A program made the position numbers and the translations under genes. From an uncultured delta proteobacterium (lineage in GTDB: Bacteria; Desulfobacterota; RBG-13-43-22): a stretch of DNA of 64,000 nt. Below the pieces are notes generated by a model. It made no database searches. It was not told the DNA's origin and saw only the letters and a list, made by a program, of their open reading frames with translations. Positions 1 to 11,129 of this stretch are shown piece by piece. The stretch lies in assembly GCA_963743305.1 (NCBI GenBank), contig CAVUPH010000020.1:96001-160000 (forward strand), written 5' to 3'. How positions within the stretch are numbered: position 1 is the stretch's first letter; each line of letters begins with the position of its first letter.

Positions 1-855
1 GAGCCTTGGACCGAGGCCCAGACCCTCATTCGTTCCGGGGTGGATGAAATCCTGCATCATCAGGATTTCACGGAATTTCAGGTGCGGATTCGCAACATGA
101 TTGAAATGAACCGGTTGCGAAAAGAAGCCATCCTGGTGACCGCCCAGGTGGAAAAGCGGGTCAGTGAGGACGTTTCCGAGGCTGAACGCATCACCCGACT
201 GAAGCGGTACCTTTCTCCCCAGTTGGTGGCGGCGCTGCTGTCCGGGGATGAATCGCACGTTCTGAAGCCTACCCGCCAGGAGGTCACCATCGTCTTTTCC
301 GATCTGCGGAACTATACCCATTTCTCGGAGACTTCGGAACCGGAAGAGATTATCGCCATGCTGAGTGATTTTCATGCCCTCTACGGCGAAATAATTTTTA
401 AATATGACGGGACCCTGGAACGGTTTGCCGGGGATGGGGTCATGGTCTTTTTTGGTGCGCCGGTCCCTTTCAAGGATCATGCCCGCCGGGCGGTGGCCAT
501 GGCCGTGGCCGCTCAGGAGCGTTTGGTCGACCTGCGGACCAAATGGAATAAATTAGGCTATACCCTGGATGTTTCCTTCGGGATTTCCACCGGCTACGTT
601 TATGTGGGCAATATCGGTTTCGAAGGACGAATGGACTACGCCGCCATTGGTAAGACCACCAACCTGGCCGCCCGGTTATGCGCCGCGGCCAAGGGAGGTC
701 AGATCCTGATCAGCCGCAAAACCCTTTTTCAGGTGGAAGATCTGGCGGAAGTGGAAGAAATCGGGGCACTGGAGGTGAAGGGCTTCGGCGAACCGGTCAT
801 GGCCTACAACGTAATCGGCTTGAAAACCCCCTTTATCCCCGTTCCGATGAATTGA
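1..855 (+). CDS. Class III adenylate/guanylate cyclase, 5'-partial (probably preceded by a receiver-like domain)
   Basis: Frame open from base 1; motifs VFSDLRNYT, LERFAGDGVMVFFGAP, MDYAAIGKTTNLAARL. Confidence 0.9.
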   Translation, partial: EPWTEAQTLIRSGVDEILHHQDFTEFQVRIRNMIEMNRLRKEAILVTAQVEKRVSEDVSEAERITRLKRYLSPQLVAALLSGDESHVLKPTRQEVTIVFSDLRNYTHFSETSEPEEIIAMLSDFHALYGEIIFKYDGTLERFAGDGVMVFFGAPVPFKDHARRAVAMAVAAQERLVDLRTKWNKLGYTLDVSFGISTGYVYVGNIGFEGRMDYAAIGKTTNLAARLCAAAKGGQILISRKTLFQVEDLAEVEEIGALEVKGFGEPVMAYNVIGLKTPFIPVPMN

Positions 856-1040
856 GTAAAATCGGACTTCAATGACGGAGTCTCCAACCGATCCTTCCGT
901 CGGCCAGGCGCTTCCTGGAATGCCCATTTTAATTCTACCTGTTGCCTTCTCCCGGCCGGCGACTCTGTGGCGAGAGGTCGCCTCCGCTCAGAACATCCAA
1001 GGAGAAACCCTTTTTCTCACCGTTTACCATAAAAAAGGCC

Positions 1041-3012
1041 ATGTCCAACATTGATCAATTAAGAAAACCGCTCCTCCATTTGCGCGAACTTCTCCCCCGA
1101 GTGGTCGATTTGATCGAGACCGCTGACCCGGATTCGAGCGCACAGTGGAGAAACCTTGATGCCAGGCTGCTTCCGCTGATGGATAAACGTTTGCCCCTCA
1201 TGGTGGCCGTCTGCGGGGGCGCCAACTCAGGGAAGTCCACTTTGTTCAATTCCCTGTTGAAGATCCGTCTCTCACCGGCCCGAGGTGACGCCGGAAGCAC
1301 CCGCCGTGTTCTGGCGGCCATACACCCCGCCGTACTGCGCCGGAAGAACTTTATGGAAAACCTCTTTGAGCCTTTTGGTCTCATTCCCCGGCTCCTTGAG
1401 GATTCAACGGCCCTGCTGGAGACCGGTCCGCCGCTGGTGGTGTCCCACCCGGATGTGCCGCAGGATCAGGTCTGGATGGACACCCCCGACTTTGATACCG
1501 GGTCCGACGACCGTTATCTGAACCGTCCCATCGCCCGGGAGGTGCTGGAGGCCTGTAACGTCCTGATCTATATTGTCACCAATACGACCTACAACAATCT
1601 GGAGAACACCCGCTTTATGCGGCAGATTCTAACCGAGACCGGAATGCGGCGCTTAATCCTGGTCTATAGTTGTTCCCGCACGATCGAGGACCAGCAGGCC
1701 AGAGAACATTTGAATACTACGGCCTCCAATTTATATGGGCCGGCCCAAGAGGAGTATTTGATCGGCACCTACCGAACCGACACCAGCGACGAGGTGGCCG
1801 CCGGTCAGGCCTTCATGAATCCGCGACCGATCTTTTCCGGAGAACCGGATTTAATGGAATTGTTACGAAGACTGGACCCGCGGGCCATCAGGGAACGACA
1901 GATTCTTTCTACCCTGGAGGCCTTCGTCGGTTATGTGCGGCAGCTCATGAAGACCTCCAAGGTCGTGCGGGAGGAGATCGACCTGTATGTCGGTACGCTG
2001 CAACTGGCCCTCGGGCGGGCGGTTCAACAATCCCTGGTTTCTATCCCGGTCAAGAAGATCCTCCAAAGCATGAATGAGCTCTGGCTGCAAACCAGTCCGC
2101 CGCACCTCAAGTTCTTCCGCGGCGTGGGCAGCGTCCTCGGTAAACCTGCCAGGATGCTTCTATCGCTACTGAACCTGGCCCAAGGGGATGAGGCCCCCCA
2201 AAAAGGTTCTTTCACCCAACCGATCGATCCGCTGGAGGAAATCAAATCCAACCTCCTGGGCGCGGCCTCGGAACTGCGTGACCACCTCCTGGCCGAGGAA
2301 CTAATGGCCGAGATCGTGGCCAAAGAACCGGAAGGGGCCCGCCTGATCGCCCTGGTCGATCATATTCGCCAACACCGGGGATCCAAGGAAATCCAGTTAC
2401 CCTTTCGGCAAATGGCCCCCGGCAGAGGAACCGTAACCCTGCACGTGGTTGCTCCCGACGGGTACCGCCGTCGTCCGGAAAGCATTGGAGGGCCGTCCCT
2501 GGTCGGCTACCTCCGAGCGGATTGTTTCCACGGCCCGAGACCTTTTGGATATTTCCGAAGATGCCGTTTTGACCGCAGAGCTGACCAGCTTGATTAACGA
2601 ATTCCGTCTGCAAATGAATTTTCTTCAAAGAACCCGTGAATCATTTTTTGCTTCGTTGAATGTCTTACCGGCTACCCTCGGTATCGCCTATATTCTGACC
2701 ACCGGTGACCCGGTGGGCGGGAGCGGCCTTTACGCCAAACTTCACGGTATCTTCGGTATGCACGATTTATGGGCCCTGGTTTCCATCCCCGCTTCGGCCG
2801 GTCTGGATGAAACCGGACGGAAACAGCTTTCCGACATGCTGGAGCCGGTGGTCAGACGGTGGCTCGAAAATCGGGCCATTATCGTTCGGGAAGTCTTCGA
2901 GGAAACCATTACCGGCGGCGTGATCGAGGAATTAGTAAAAATGAGAGGGGTCCTCGATCAATTAATTGAAGAAATTGAAAAAGAACTGGACTTATTGCGA
3001 GGTTATCTCTGA
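1041..3012 (+). CDS. Dynamin-like/YfjP-like P-loop GTPase 1 (apparent frameshift near 2455)
   Basis: G1 GGANSGKST, G3-like DTPDFD, long helical region, C-terminal hydrophobic hairpin; joins ORFs 942-2597 and 2449-3012; ATG at 1041. Confidence 0.8.
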
Positions 3013-4780
3013 TGATCCAGGACGACTTCTATCCGCTTAAGGCCCGCGGGCGGTTATCGGCCGCCAGAGAATCCATTAGACAAATCCAGACCACGGCTGA
3101 AACCGCCGGCCACTGGATTCCCGGCCGGAGCCTATCGTCGGAATGCCGCGCGGCCGTCGATTTGCTGGAAAAAATGGAGGAACGGTTGGTCCACAAATTG
3201 GTGGTCACCCTGGTCGGTCCCAGCGGGGCCGGAAAATCGACCCTCTTGAACGCCCTGGCCGGTGAAGACCACCTTTCCCCTGTCGGAATCGACCGGCCAA
3301 CCACCAGAGGTCTCGTCGTTTTCTGCCGATCCCGGGCTGATGCCGAAATCCTGCTTCAGGGCCTGGATCCGGCCGCGGTCGAGGTGGAGCCCCGTCCGCT
3401 CGCGGCTGGATTGGAACAGGTCATCTTGGTGGACACCCCGGACATGGACAGCATGGAAAGTCGGCCCTTTCATCCGCTTCTGGAGAAAACCATCGCCCTG
3501 ACCGACGTGCTGGTCTGTGTCTTGAATGCCGAAAATCCCAAACGCCGGGATACCATCGTTTTTCTTAAACGGTTCGTTGAGCTGCTTTCCCGGTCTCTCG
3601 CTTGTACGTGGTTTTGAACCGCTGCGACCGCCTGCCGGAAGAAGAATTAAAGACCGTTATCCTCCCGGACCTCCAGACCCATCTGGAGACCTCCTGGCGA
3701 AGAAAGGTCGACCACGTATTTTGTCTCAGTGCCCGCGACCATTTGAAAGCGCCGGGCTGGCCGGAAGACGAAAAACCCAGACATCGGTTCGATCAATACC
3801 CGCAACTCCATAATCAGATCTTCGGGACCCTCAACCAGGAAGGGCGCTTGGTGGACGTTCGGCTGGAAAGGGCGGACCATCTGGTTGAATGGATACAGCA
3901 AACGGTCCGGCACACCCTGGCGGGAGTGCCGGAAAGACTGACGGAAATCAGAAAGGACATCCTGGATCTGGAACAAAAGGCGACCAGGACCGCAACGGAA
4001 ACCCTGAAGGAAAGCGGGGGGGAGATGTTGAGCGGGATACAAGCCCTGTTTTATCAAAAACTGGCCGATCGCTGGTGGGGTCCGGTAGGATGGCTGGTGG
4101 CCCTCTGGGCCCGATTTCTTATGGCCGGGGCCGGTGTTTTGGCCACGTTGCGTTTTGGAAACCCGTTGCTGCAGCTCTGGGGTTTGATTTCCTCCTTGGT
4201 CCGTTACCGGAAGTCACGTCAGGCGGTTGAAGAAGCCACAGCGGGAGGTGAGATGGCTTCCGTCTTGCTCAAATATCGTTTTACCATCCAGCAGGTTTGG
4301 CCGGATTTGGCCGGAAGACTGATTGCCCTTGGATTTAATCAGGGGGTGCGCGAGGCCAAAGCGGTCTTGCAGGACGAGGAAGACCTCCGTCTGCGCCTGG
4401 CTTCTTCCTGGAAAGGCGCTTTGGAAGAGGCCCTGAACCGCCGGGTAGGAAACTTATCCGGGTTTATTCTGCAGTTGATCTTCAATCTGCCGACCTTGGC
4501 GGTCATGGGGCTCTTTGCTTATCAAAGTGTAAAAAGTTTTCTCTGGCAGCAGAACCTGGTTCCCGAATATTTTCTTCACGCCACCGTCGCCATCCTTATA
4601 GTGAGTCTTCTTTCTTTCTTCCTCTTTCAAGTCCTGGTCCGTTTGGTCGGGGGCGGGCATCTGCTCAAGTCGGCCACCGAGCGGTTGGTCGGCTTGGTCG
4701 AGACGGCCGGCAGCGCCCGCCAGAACTATTCCATCCTCCAAGAGATTGATGCCGTGCTTCGTTTGGGAGAGGTAAAATAG
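3012..4780 (+). CDS. Dynamin-like/YfjP-like P-loop GTPase 2 with C-terminal TM helices (apparent frameshift near 3595)
   Basis: G1 GPSGAGKST, G3-like DTPDMD, G4-like LNRCD just past the shift; TGATG overlap with upstream gene. Confidence 0.8.
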
Positions 4781-4836
4781 CTGGAGACGTTGGTCCTTCG
4801 GCTCCGGGATTGGTCGGCCAAATTTCGCTGAATTTT

Positions 4837-7350
4837 TTAACCGGCCTTCGAGTCACCGAGTTTGCTGGAAACCGGTGAAGTCTTCCAAATGCGCTCGCAG
4901 TATTCCCGGATGGATCGGTCGGAGGAAAAATAGCCGATACGAGCGACATTGAGGATGGACAGGCGTGTCCAGTTCTCCCTGTCTTGATAGGCCAGGCTAA
5001 CCCTCTCCTGACAATCGATGTACGAGCGGTAATCGGCCAGGAGCATGAATTCGTCGTGGTCCAAGAGCGCGTTCACCAGCGGATGGAACAACCCGGGATT
5101 CTGAGGGGAGAAATAGCCGGAGTGGATCAGATCAAGGACCTCTTGGAGTTGATGATCCGCCTCATAATAGTCGCGCGCTCGATAACCACGGGATTTTACC
5201 TGGTCCACCTCGGCGGCGGTCAGACCAAAGAGAAAGAAATTTTCATGACCCACTTCGTTGCGGATTTCGATGTTCGCTCCGTCCAGTGTGCCAATAGTCA
5301 GGGCCCCATTCATCGCGAATTTCATGTTACCGGTACCGGAGGCCTCCATCCCCGCGGTGGAAATCTGCTCCGAAAGGTCGGCCGCCGGATAGACCCTCTG
5401 GGCGTTTTTAACATTGAAGTTGGGCAGGAAGATTACCTTTATTCGACCCTTGATCAGCGGATCTTGATTGACCGTTTCAGCTACGGAGGTGATCAATTTG
5501 ATCATCAGTTTGGCCATGGCGTAGCCGGGCGCGGCCTTGCCACCGAAAATAAAGGTGCGCGGCAACAGGTCAATATCCGGTGCTTGCCTCAACCGGTGAT
5601 AGAGGGTGAGAATGTGCAGGAGGTTCAGGTGTTGCCGCTTGTATTCGTGGATCCGCTTGGCCTGGATATCGAAAAGGGTGTCAGGATTGATGACCAGCCC
5701 TGTGAGGCGCAGTATCAGGGCGGCCAGTCCTTGTTTGTTTTGGAGTTTGATCTCCCTCCATTCCCGGCGGAAGGAAGGATCCTCAGCGGCCCCCTCAAGT
5801 TGCCGGAGTTCCTCAAGATGTTTGACCCACTGGTTTCCGATTCGGCGGGTGATCAGCTTGGCCAGACCGGGGTTGCTGAGCAGTAGAAAACGTCGGGGAG
5901 TGACACCGTTGGTCACATTGGTGAACTTCTCCGGTGAAAACTCCACGAAGTCGCGCAGGACACCGGATTTGAGCAGATCCGTATGCAGTTTGGCCACACC
6001 GTTGACGGAATGACTGCCCACGACCGCCAGATTAGCCATACGCACAAAACGCGGACCCTGCTCGTCGATCAGCGACATGCGGACTACCCGGGCCTCATCT
6101 CCGGGAAAGCGAAGCCGGACCTGGTCTAAAAACCTTTGGTTGATTTCATAGATAATCTCCAGGTGACGGGGCAGCAGGCTGCCGAAGAGCGGGAGGGGCC
6201 AACGCTCCAGCGCCTCCGGCAATAAGGTGTGATTGGTGTAACCCATCGTTTGCTGAGTAATCTGCCAGGCCTGTTCCCAGGGCAGGGCGTGCTCGTCAAT
6301 CAGCAGGCGCATGAGTTCAGCTACGGCGATGGACGGATGCGTGTCGTTAAGTTGCACGACCCACCGCTCGGGCAGTTGGTCCAGGGAACTGGCCCGTTGC
6401 AGATACATACGGATCATATCTTGCAGGGCGCAGGAGGCGAAAAAGTACTGTTGCTGAAGGCGGAGTTCCTTGCCTTGAAGGGATTCGTCGTTCGGATATA
6501 ACACCTTGGTGATGTTCTCGGAGACCACCTTTTCCATGACGGCCCTGAAGTAATCCCCGGTGTTGAAGGCCTGGAAATCGAAGGACTCAGCCGCTTCGGC
6601 TTTCCACAAGCGCAGTAGGTTCACGGTTTTCCCGCCATACCCGAGGACAGGCGTGTCGTAGGCCATCCCTTTGACCACGCGATCGGGAATCCAGCGAACG
6701 CGGTTTCTGCCGCCTTCGTTGTAGGTCTCGGTGCGTCCGCCCAGTTTGATGTCAAAGATTATTTCCGGTCGGGCGATTTCCCAAGGGTTGCCCAGCCGCA
6801 GCCATTTATCCGTGACCTCGACCTGCCAGCCGTCCCGGAGAGCCTGGTCGAAAATTCCAAACTCATAGCGGATGCCGTACCCGATGGCTGGGATCTGCAG
6901 GGTGGCCAGGGAGTCCAAAAAGCAGGCCGCCAGGCGTCCGAGGCCGCCGTTGCCCAACCCAGGTTCCCCCTCCTGTTCCAGCAATTCGTCCAAATCCAGA
7001 CCCAATTGCTTCATGGCTTCCCTTACCTGATCATAGATACCCAAGTTCACCAGGTTGTTGCCCAATTGCGGCCCCATTAAAAACTCAGCGGAGAGGTAAC
7101 ACACCGATCGGCTGCGCAGTTGATAATAAGTTTGGGCGGTATTGATCCAGCGATGCAGAAGACGGTCGCGGACTGAGTAGGCCAAGGCCACATATCTGTC
7201 GTTGAGGGTGGCCACCTCAGGAAATCGTGCGCAGAGATAGGCCAGATTGTCGGAAAAAGCCTGGGCGATCGTGGAAGGGCTCAGTCCGGAACGGATATCC
7301 TCGGGTTCAGACGGATTAATGGAAACGGGGTTATCAGTTTTTTGTTGCAT
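4837..7350 (-). CDS. glgP: Glycogen/maltodextrin phosphorylase
   Basis: LGNGGLGRLAACFLDS, QLNDTHP, PLP motif EASGTGNMKF. Confidence 0.97.
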   Translation of the reverse strand: MQQKTDNPVSINPSEPEDIRSGLSPSTIAQAFSDNLAYLCARFPEVATLNDRYVALAYSVRDRLLHRWINTAQTYYQLRSRSVCYLSAEFLMGPQLGNNLVNLGIYDQVREAMKQLGLDLDELLEQEGEPGLGNGGLGRLAACFLDSLATLQIPAIGYGIRYEFGIFDQALRDGWQVEVTDKWLRLGNPWEIARPEIIFDIKLGGRTETYNEGGRNRVRWIPDRVVKGMAYDTPVLGYGGKTVNLLRLWKAEAAESFDFQAFNTGDYFRAVMEKVVSENITKVLYPNDESLQGKELRLQQQYFFASCALQDMIRMYLQRASSLDQLPERWVVQLNDTHPSIAVAELMRLLIDEHALPWEQAWQITQQTMGYTNHTLLPEALERWPLPLFGSLLPRHLEIIYEINQRFLDQVRLRFPGDEARVVRMSLIDEQGPRFVRMANLAVVGSHSVNGVAKLHTDLLKSGVLRDFVEFSPEKFTNVTNGVTPRRFLLLSNPGLAKLITRRIGNQWVKHLEELRQLEGAAEDPSFRREWREIKLQNKQGLAALILRLTGLVINPDTLFDIQAKRIHEYKRQHLNLLHILTLYHRLRQAPDIDLLPRTFIFGGKAAPGYAMAKLMIKLITSVAETVNQDPLIKGRIKVIFLPNFNVKNAQRVYPAADLSEQISTAGMEASGTGNMKFAMNGALTIGTLDGANIEIRNEVGHENFFLFGLTAAEVDQVKSRGYRARDYYEADHQLQEVLDLIHSGYFSPQNPGLFHPLVNALLDHDEFMLLADYRSYIDCQERVSLAYQDRENWTRLSILNVARIGYFSSDRSIREYCERIWKTSPVSSKLGDSKAG

Positions 7351-7404
7351 GCTGGCTTGGGAACTTCCTGGCTAACGATTATCGAGATTTTTATGTTTTT
7401 CAAA

Positions 7405-8406
7405 TTAAGCGGGTATCCGCACCCCCCTCAAAAATTCGGCGTCCTTTTCCGGCAACTGGGTATTGATGTACATCCCGGAACCCAGTTCAAAGCCGGCGGC
7501 TTTGGTCAGACGGGGGACGATGGCCATGTAAAAATGAAAATATTCAATATTCCCCTGGGGATCCGGCAGGGAGCGCAGGACATAGTTATAATCCGGGTCG
7601 TCCAGTCCGTAATACAATCGCTGCAGGGCCTGTTGGAGGGCGGAAGCCATATCCAAGAGTTCCGCTTCGGTCAGCGCGTCAAAGGAGGCCAGGTGTCGTC
7701 GCGGGAAAATCCAGGTATGGAACGGGGAGAGGGCCGCGTAGGGCACGAAGGCCACAAAGTGTTCGGTTTCCAAGACGATCCGGCCCCGGTCCTTCAGTTC
7801 TTCGGACAGAATCCGGCAGTAAAGACATTCGCCGGTATCGTCGTGGTATTTCTGGGCCTCTTCGATGCGGTGGCGGATCTGCGGGGGAATGACCGGGGTG
7901 CCCACAATTTGAGAATGGGGATGCTCCAGCGAAGTGCCGGCGGCCGCCCCGTTGTTCTTAAAAAGGATCACCGTTTTGACCCGCGGATCCTGATAAAATT
8001 GCCGGTATAAGGCCTGGTAGACCCGAAAGATGTCCTGCATCCCTGATAAGGGGATAACGGCCGGAAAGCCATTATGGAGGGGATTCTCGATAATCACGTC
8101 ATGGAGACCGACACCGGCCATGGTCCGTTTTATACCGTCCATCTGGCGTGACAGTTCCCCATCCCGGGCCAGGGCCGAGAATTTATTGGGGATGGAGCGT
8201 ACCTGCCAGGAATCACCGCTGCCAAGACGGTAGGTTTCCGGCGGGGTGAGGTGTTCGTGGCCGGGGCAAAAAGGACAGTTTTCCTTTAAATCCGGGAGTT
8301 GTCCCCGCACCACGCTTTTCTTGATAAAATCCTCCGGACGTTTAGCCCGCTCCGGAGCCATAATGACCCAGTCCTTGGTAACCAGATTGAAACGCAATTC
8401 GGGCAT
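7405..8406 (-). CDS. galT: Galactose-1-phosphate uridylyltransferase family (GalT-like)
   Basis: WVIMAPERAKRP, CPFCPG, AGTSLEHPHSQ, AGFELGSG; ATG at 8406 after AGAGGA. Confidence 0.9.
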   Translation of the reverse strand: MPELRFNLVTKDWVIMAPERAKRPEDFIKKSVVRGQLPDLKENCPFCPGHEHLTPPETYRLGSGDSWQVRSIPNKFSALARDGELSRQMDGIKRTMAGVGLHDVIIENPLHNGFPAVIPLSGMQDIFRVYQALYRQFYQDPRVKTVILFKNNGAAAGTSLEHPHSQIVGTPVIPPQIRHRIEEAQKYHDDTGECLYCRILSEELKDRGRIVLETEHFVAFVPYAALSPFHTWIFPRRHLASFDALTEAELLDMASALQQALQRLYYGLDDPDYNYVLRSLPDPQGNIEYFHFYMAIVPRLTKAAGFELGSGMYINTQLPEKDAEFLRGVRIPA

Positions 8407-8661
8407 GGTATCCTCTTTGTCGATGTTCATTGCGGAGACGCAAAGAACGCAGAGGTTGAGTTCTTTGCAACCGGGGTAAGATGCGGCCGGTTGCAAAAAT
8501 AACCAGATTTCGACGGCTGACGCTCTACGTTCAATGCTTCGCAATCAGCGTATTTTACGACAAATTATACTATTTGGAAGGGAAAAGCTATTTAAAAGCC
8601 GGAGAAGGGGGAACCATGGCCCGGGGACCTTTCGGGGGTCAATTTCTCCCCCATTACTGAA

Positions 8662-8847
8662 TCAATTAATGGACTTGGTACTTAGGGCGCCAAAAACTTC
8701 ATCCACATAAAGGGTACAGATTATCTTGTGCCGATTGTTGCAGTGTAAGGTCTTAGGGCTCAATTCCAGCCAAAGACAATGCTGGCATTGGGGATCAGGC
8801 ATTTTCAGGTTCAGGCAAGGCATCCATTCCCGAGCTTTTTCCTCCAT
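8662..8847 (-). CDS. Small Cys-rich hypothetical protein (61 aa)
   Basis: AAGGAAGGGG RBS upstream; 5 Cys including CQHC. Confidence 0.5.
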   Translation of the reverse strand: MEEKAREWMPCLNLKMPDPQCQHCLWLELSPKTLHCNNRHKIICTLYVDEVFGALSTKSIN

Positions 8848-8948
8848 AACGACTTCCCCTTCCTTTATCTTGTACCTGATTTCTCTATACTATACAAGAT
8901 GTGGGGTGTCAAATAAATTATACTTCACTAACATTTAAAATTAACCTC

Positions 8949-9054
8949 TTAGGCCCGGATTCGAAGTCCGGACTACCCTTGAAAAACCCTTTCGCCGAGA
9001 CCCGGCGGCCATACCAGATCTGGGGGGTACCCACCCAAAAGGGCGAAGCGTCAA
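8949..9054 (-). repeat. ~105-nt structured dispersed repeat, copy A
   Basis: Aligns by eye with 56577-56687 and 23798-23893. Confidence 0.75.
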
Positions 9055-9068
9055 ATATTTTGGGGGGG

Positions 9069-10037
9069 TTATTGACTGGGAGGTTCAACCGGTGGCAGAC
9101 CTTCAGCGTGAGGGGAGGCGAGGCCTTTAGGACTTTTTATCCAGTCCTTGAAATTTTTTTCGCAATTCACTGATTTTCCAGGAGGAATTTTTAATTGATG
9201 GATCCCGGCCGCTAGGGTATAGCCCTGCAGTTCCACATTCAATTCTTTAAGTTCTTTATAGAACGACCCGCAGCCACGGGCTAAATCCCGGAGGTGGACT
9301 GGGTAGGGCAAATTAAAGGTGACCAGGTCAAATACCTCGGGATAATAGGCATACCCGTCCGGCAGTTGGTACCCGTAACTAACCGGGTCGCTTAAAATGA
9401 CTTTGGCCGTTAGAATTCGAAAAATATAGCGTTCAGTTTCCTGGGGCAAATCCAGACGGTAATAATCGGTTTCTCCCTGCTGGCTGATTTCTTCCTTGAC
9501 CCGTTCTTCTCCGCAATTGTAAGCCGCCATGGCCAGATTCCATTTGCCGAAGAGATTATAGAGCAATTTCAGATAAGACAGGGCCGCCTCCGTGGATTTG
9601 GCCAAGTCCAACCGTTCGTCAATTTGGGAATTTTTGCGCAGATTAAAACGTTTGCCGGTTTTCTCCATAAATTGCCAGTGGCCGGCCGCCCCCTTGTTGG
9701 AAAAAACCACGGGGCGCATGGCGCTTTCGGCGACCAGGAGGTATTTCAGGTCGTCCGGCATCCCTTTGGCCTTCAACTGGCTTTCGATAAAAGGAAAAAA
9801 ACGGGTGCTGCGTTTGAGCCAAAGGTAAACCTGGGCCTGGTCATGAACGGCCATGGTGAATTCCCGATCCATCATCTCCCAGAATTTTCGTTCCTGCAGC
9901 GGGACCGGTTCCCCGCAGAGGGTCAGGTTGGTCGGAAAGCTGTAGTAAGGCTGCTGGGCCTCCAGGGCAAGCGGAAAGAGCAGGGCGCTTAGGCAAAGAA
10001 AAGGCCAGAAATAAAGCCTGTTTATGGGCAGATGCAT
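9069..10037 (-). CDS. Lytic murein transglycosylase (SLT/MltD-like)
   Basis: Signal peptide; LLVAES, GAAGHWQFM, AMAAYNCG, LPQETERYI. Confidence 0.92.
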   Translation of the reverse strand: MHLPINRLYFWPFLCLSALLFPLALEAQQPYYSFPTNLTLCGEPVPLQERKFWEMMDREFTMAVHDQAQVYLWLKRSTRFFPFIESQLKAKGMPDDLKYLLVAESAMRPVVFSNKGAAGHWQFMEKTGKRFNLRKNSQIDERLDLAKSTEAALSYLKLLYNLFGKWNLAMAAYNCGEERVKEEISQQGETDYYRLDLPQETERYIFRILTAKVILSDPVSYGYQLPDGYAYYPEVFDLVTFNLPYPVHLRDLARGCGSFYKELKELNVELQGYTLAAGIHQLKIPPGKSVNCEKNFKDWIKSPKGLASPHAEGLPPVEPPSQ

Positions 10038-10127
10038 TCGTTATACCCTTATTTTAATTCTAACCCAAAATACTTGTTCATCAGGTGTTAGAGAAAAATT
10101 CTCAGAATGAAATATGTAAAAAACTAA

Positions 10128-11129
10128 TCAATCAGACGGATTGAAGTGGTCGAACCCGGTTTCTTTCAGGAGACGGACCCTTTTGGGAAATTTGATAAAT
10201 ATCTTTTGGCCGGAAGTGATTTCCCCGATCGGGTATACCGGTCGCTTAAATTGTTTTACTACCCGGGTTTCCACCTTTTCGGCCAGATCCTTCGGGACGG
10301 AAAAGAGCAACTGATAGTCCTCACCGCCCGTCAAGGCCAACTCCAGCGGGGCGGTTCTCAGCAGGTCGGCGGCGCTCCTGAGGGCCGGGGAGAGGGGGAT
10401 TTGGTCCGCGTCCAGTACGGCGCCCACTCCGCTGGCTCGGCAAATATGCCGGAGGTCGGAAGCCAGCCCGTCGGACAGGTCAATCATGGCCCTTACCAAC
10501 CGATGCCGGACTAAAAAATGGCCTAAGGCGACCTGGGGCTCCGGGTCCTGATGGGCCTTAAGGAGTTCGCGAAAGACCCCCGGTCTTAATGACGGCGGGT
10601 GCTTTTGGAATTTCGTCAGGAGCCTGAATCCTGCCGCGGATTGACCCAGGGTGCCGCTGACGTAAAGGCGGTCCCCGACTTTGGCTCCGGAACGGTAAGC
10701 AATCGTGCCGGCGGCTTCCCCGATTACGGTCAGGCCAATGGCGATTCGCTGTGGTGATTGATGGGTGTCTCCCCCGGCCAGGGCCACGGAGAATCTTTCG
10801 GCCTCTTCCTTAAGTCCTTTGATAAAGGGAGAGAGGAAACCCCGGGGGACCGGCCTGGGCAATCCCAGATTTAGAAAAGCAAAGCGGGGAATTCCCCCCA
10901 TGGCGGCGATGTCGCTCAGGTTGACAGCCAGACACTTTTTTCCTAGACGGAAGGGTGGATTGGTTTCCAGACGAAAGTGGACTCCCTCCACCAAGGCATC
11001 GGTGGTGACCAGCCATGGTTGGCCTGCGGTCCGGAGGACGGCGCAGTCGTCGCCTATGCCCTGAATCATTCCCGGGAAGGGGCGGCCAAAAGCCTTTCGA
11101 AAAAGGTTGATTATCGCTGATTCGTTCAA
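10128..11129 (-). CDS. thiL: Thiamine-monophosphate kinase
   Basis: GIGDDCA, VNLSDIAAMG, GGDT, IDLSDGL, GGEDYQLLF. Confidence 0.96.
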   Translation of the reverse strand: MNESAIINLFRKAFGRPFPGMIQGIGDDCAVLRTAGQPWLVTTDALVEGVHFRLETNPPFRLGKKCLAVNLSDIAAMGGIPRFAFLNLGLPRPVPRGFLSPFIKGLKEEAERFSVALAGGDTHQSPQRIAIGLTVIGEAAGTIAYRSGAKVGDRLYVSGTLGQSAAGFRLLTKFQKHPPSLRPGVFRELLKAHQDPEPQVALGHFLVRHRLVRAMIDLSDGLASDLRHICRASGVGAVLDADQIPLSPALRSAADLLRTAPLELALTGGEDYQLLFSVPKDLAEKVETRVVKQFKRPVYPIGEITSGQKIFIKFPKRVRLLKETGFDHFNPSD

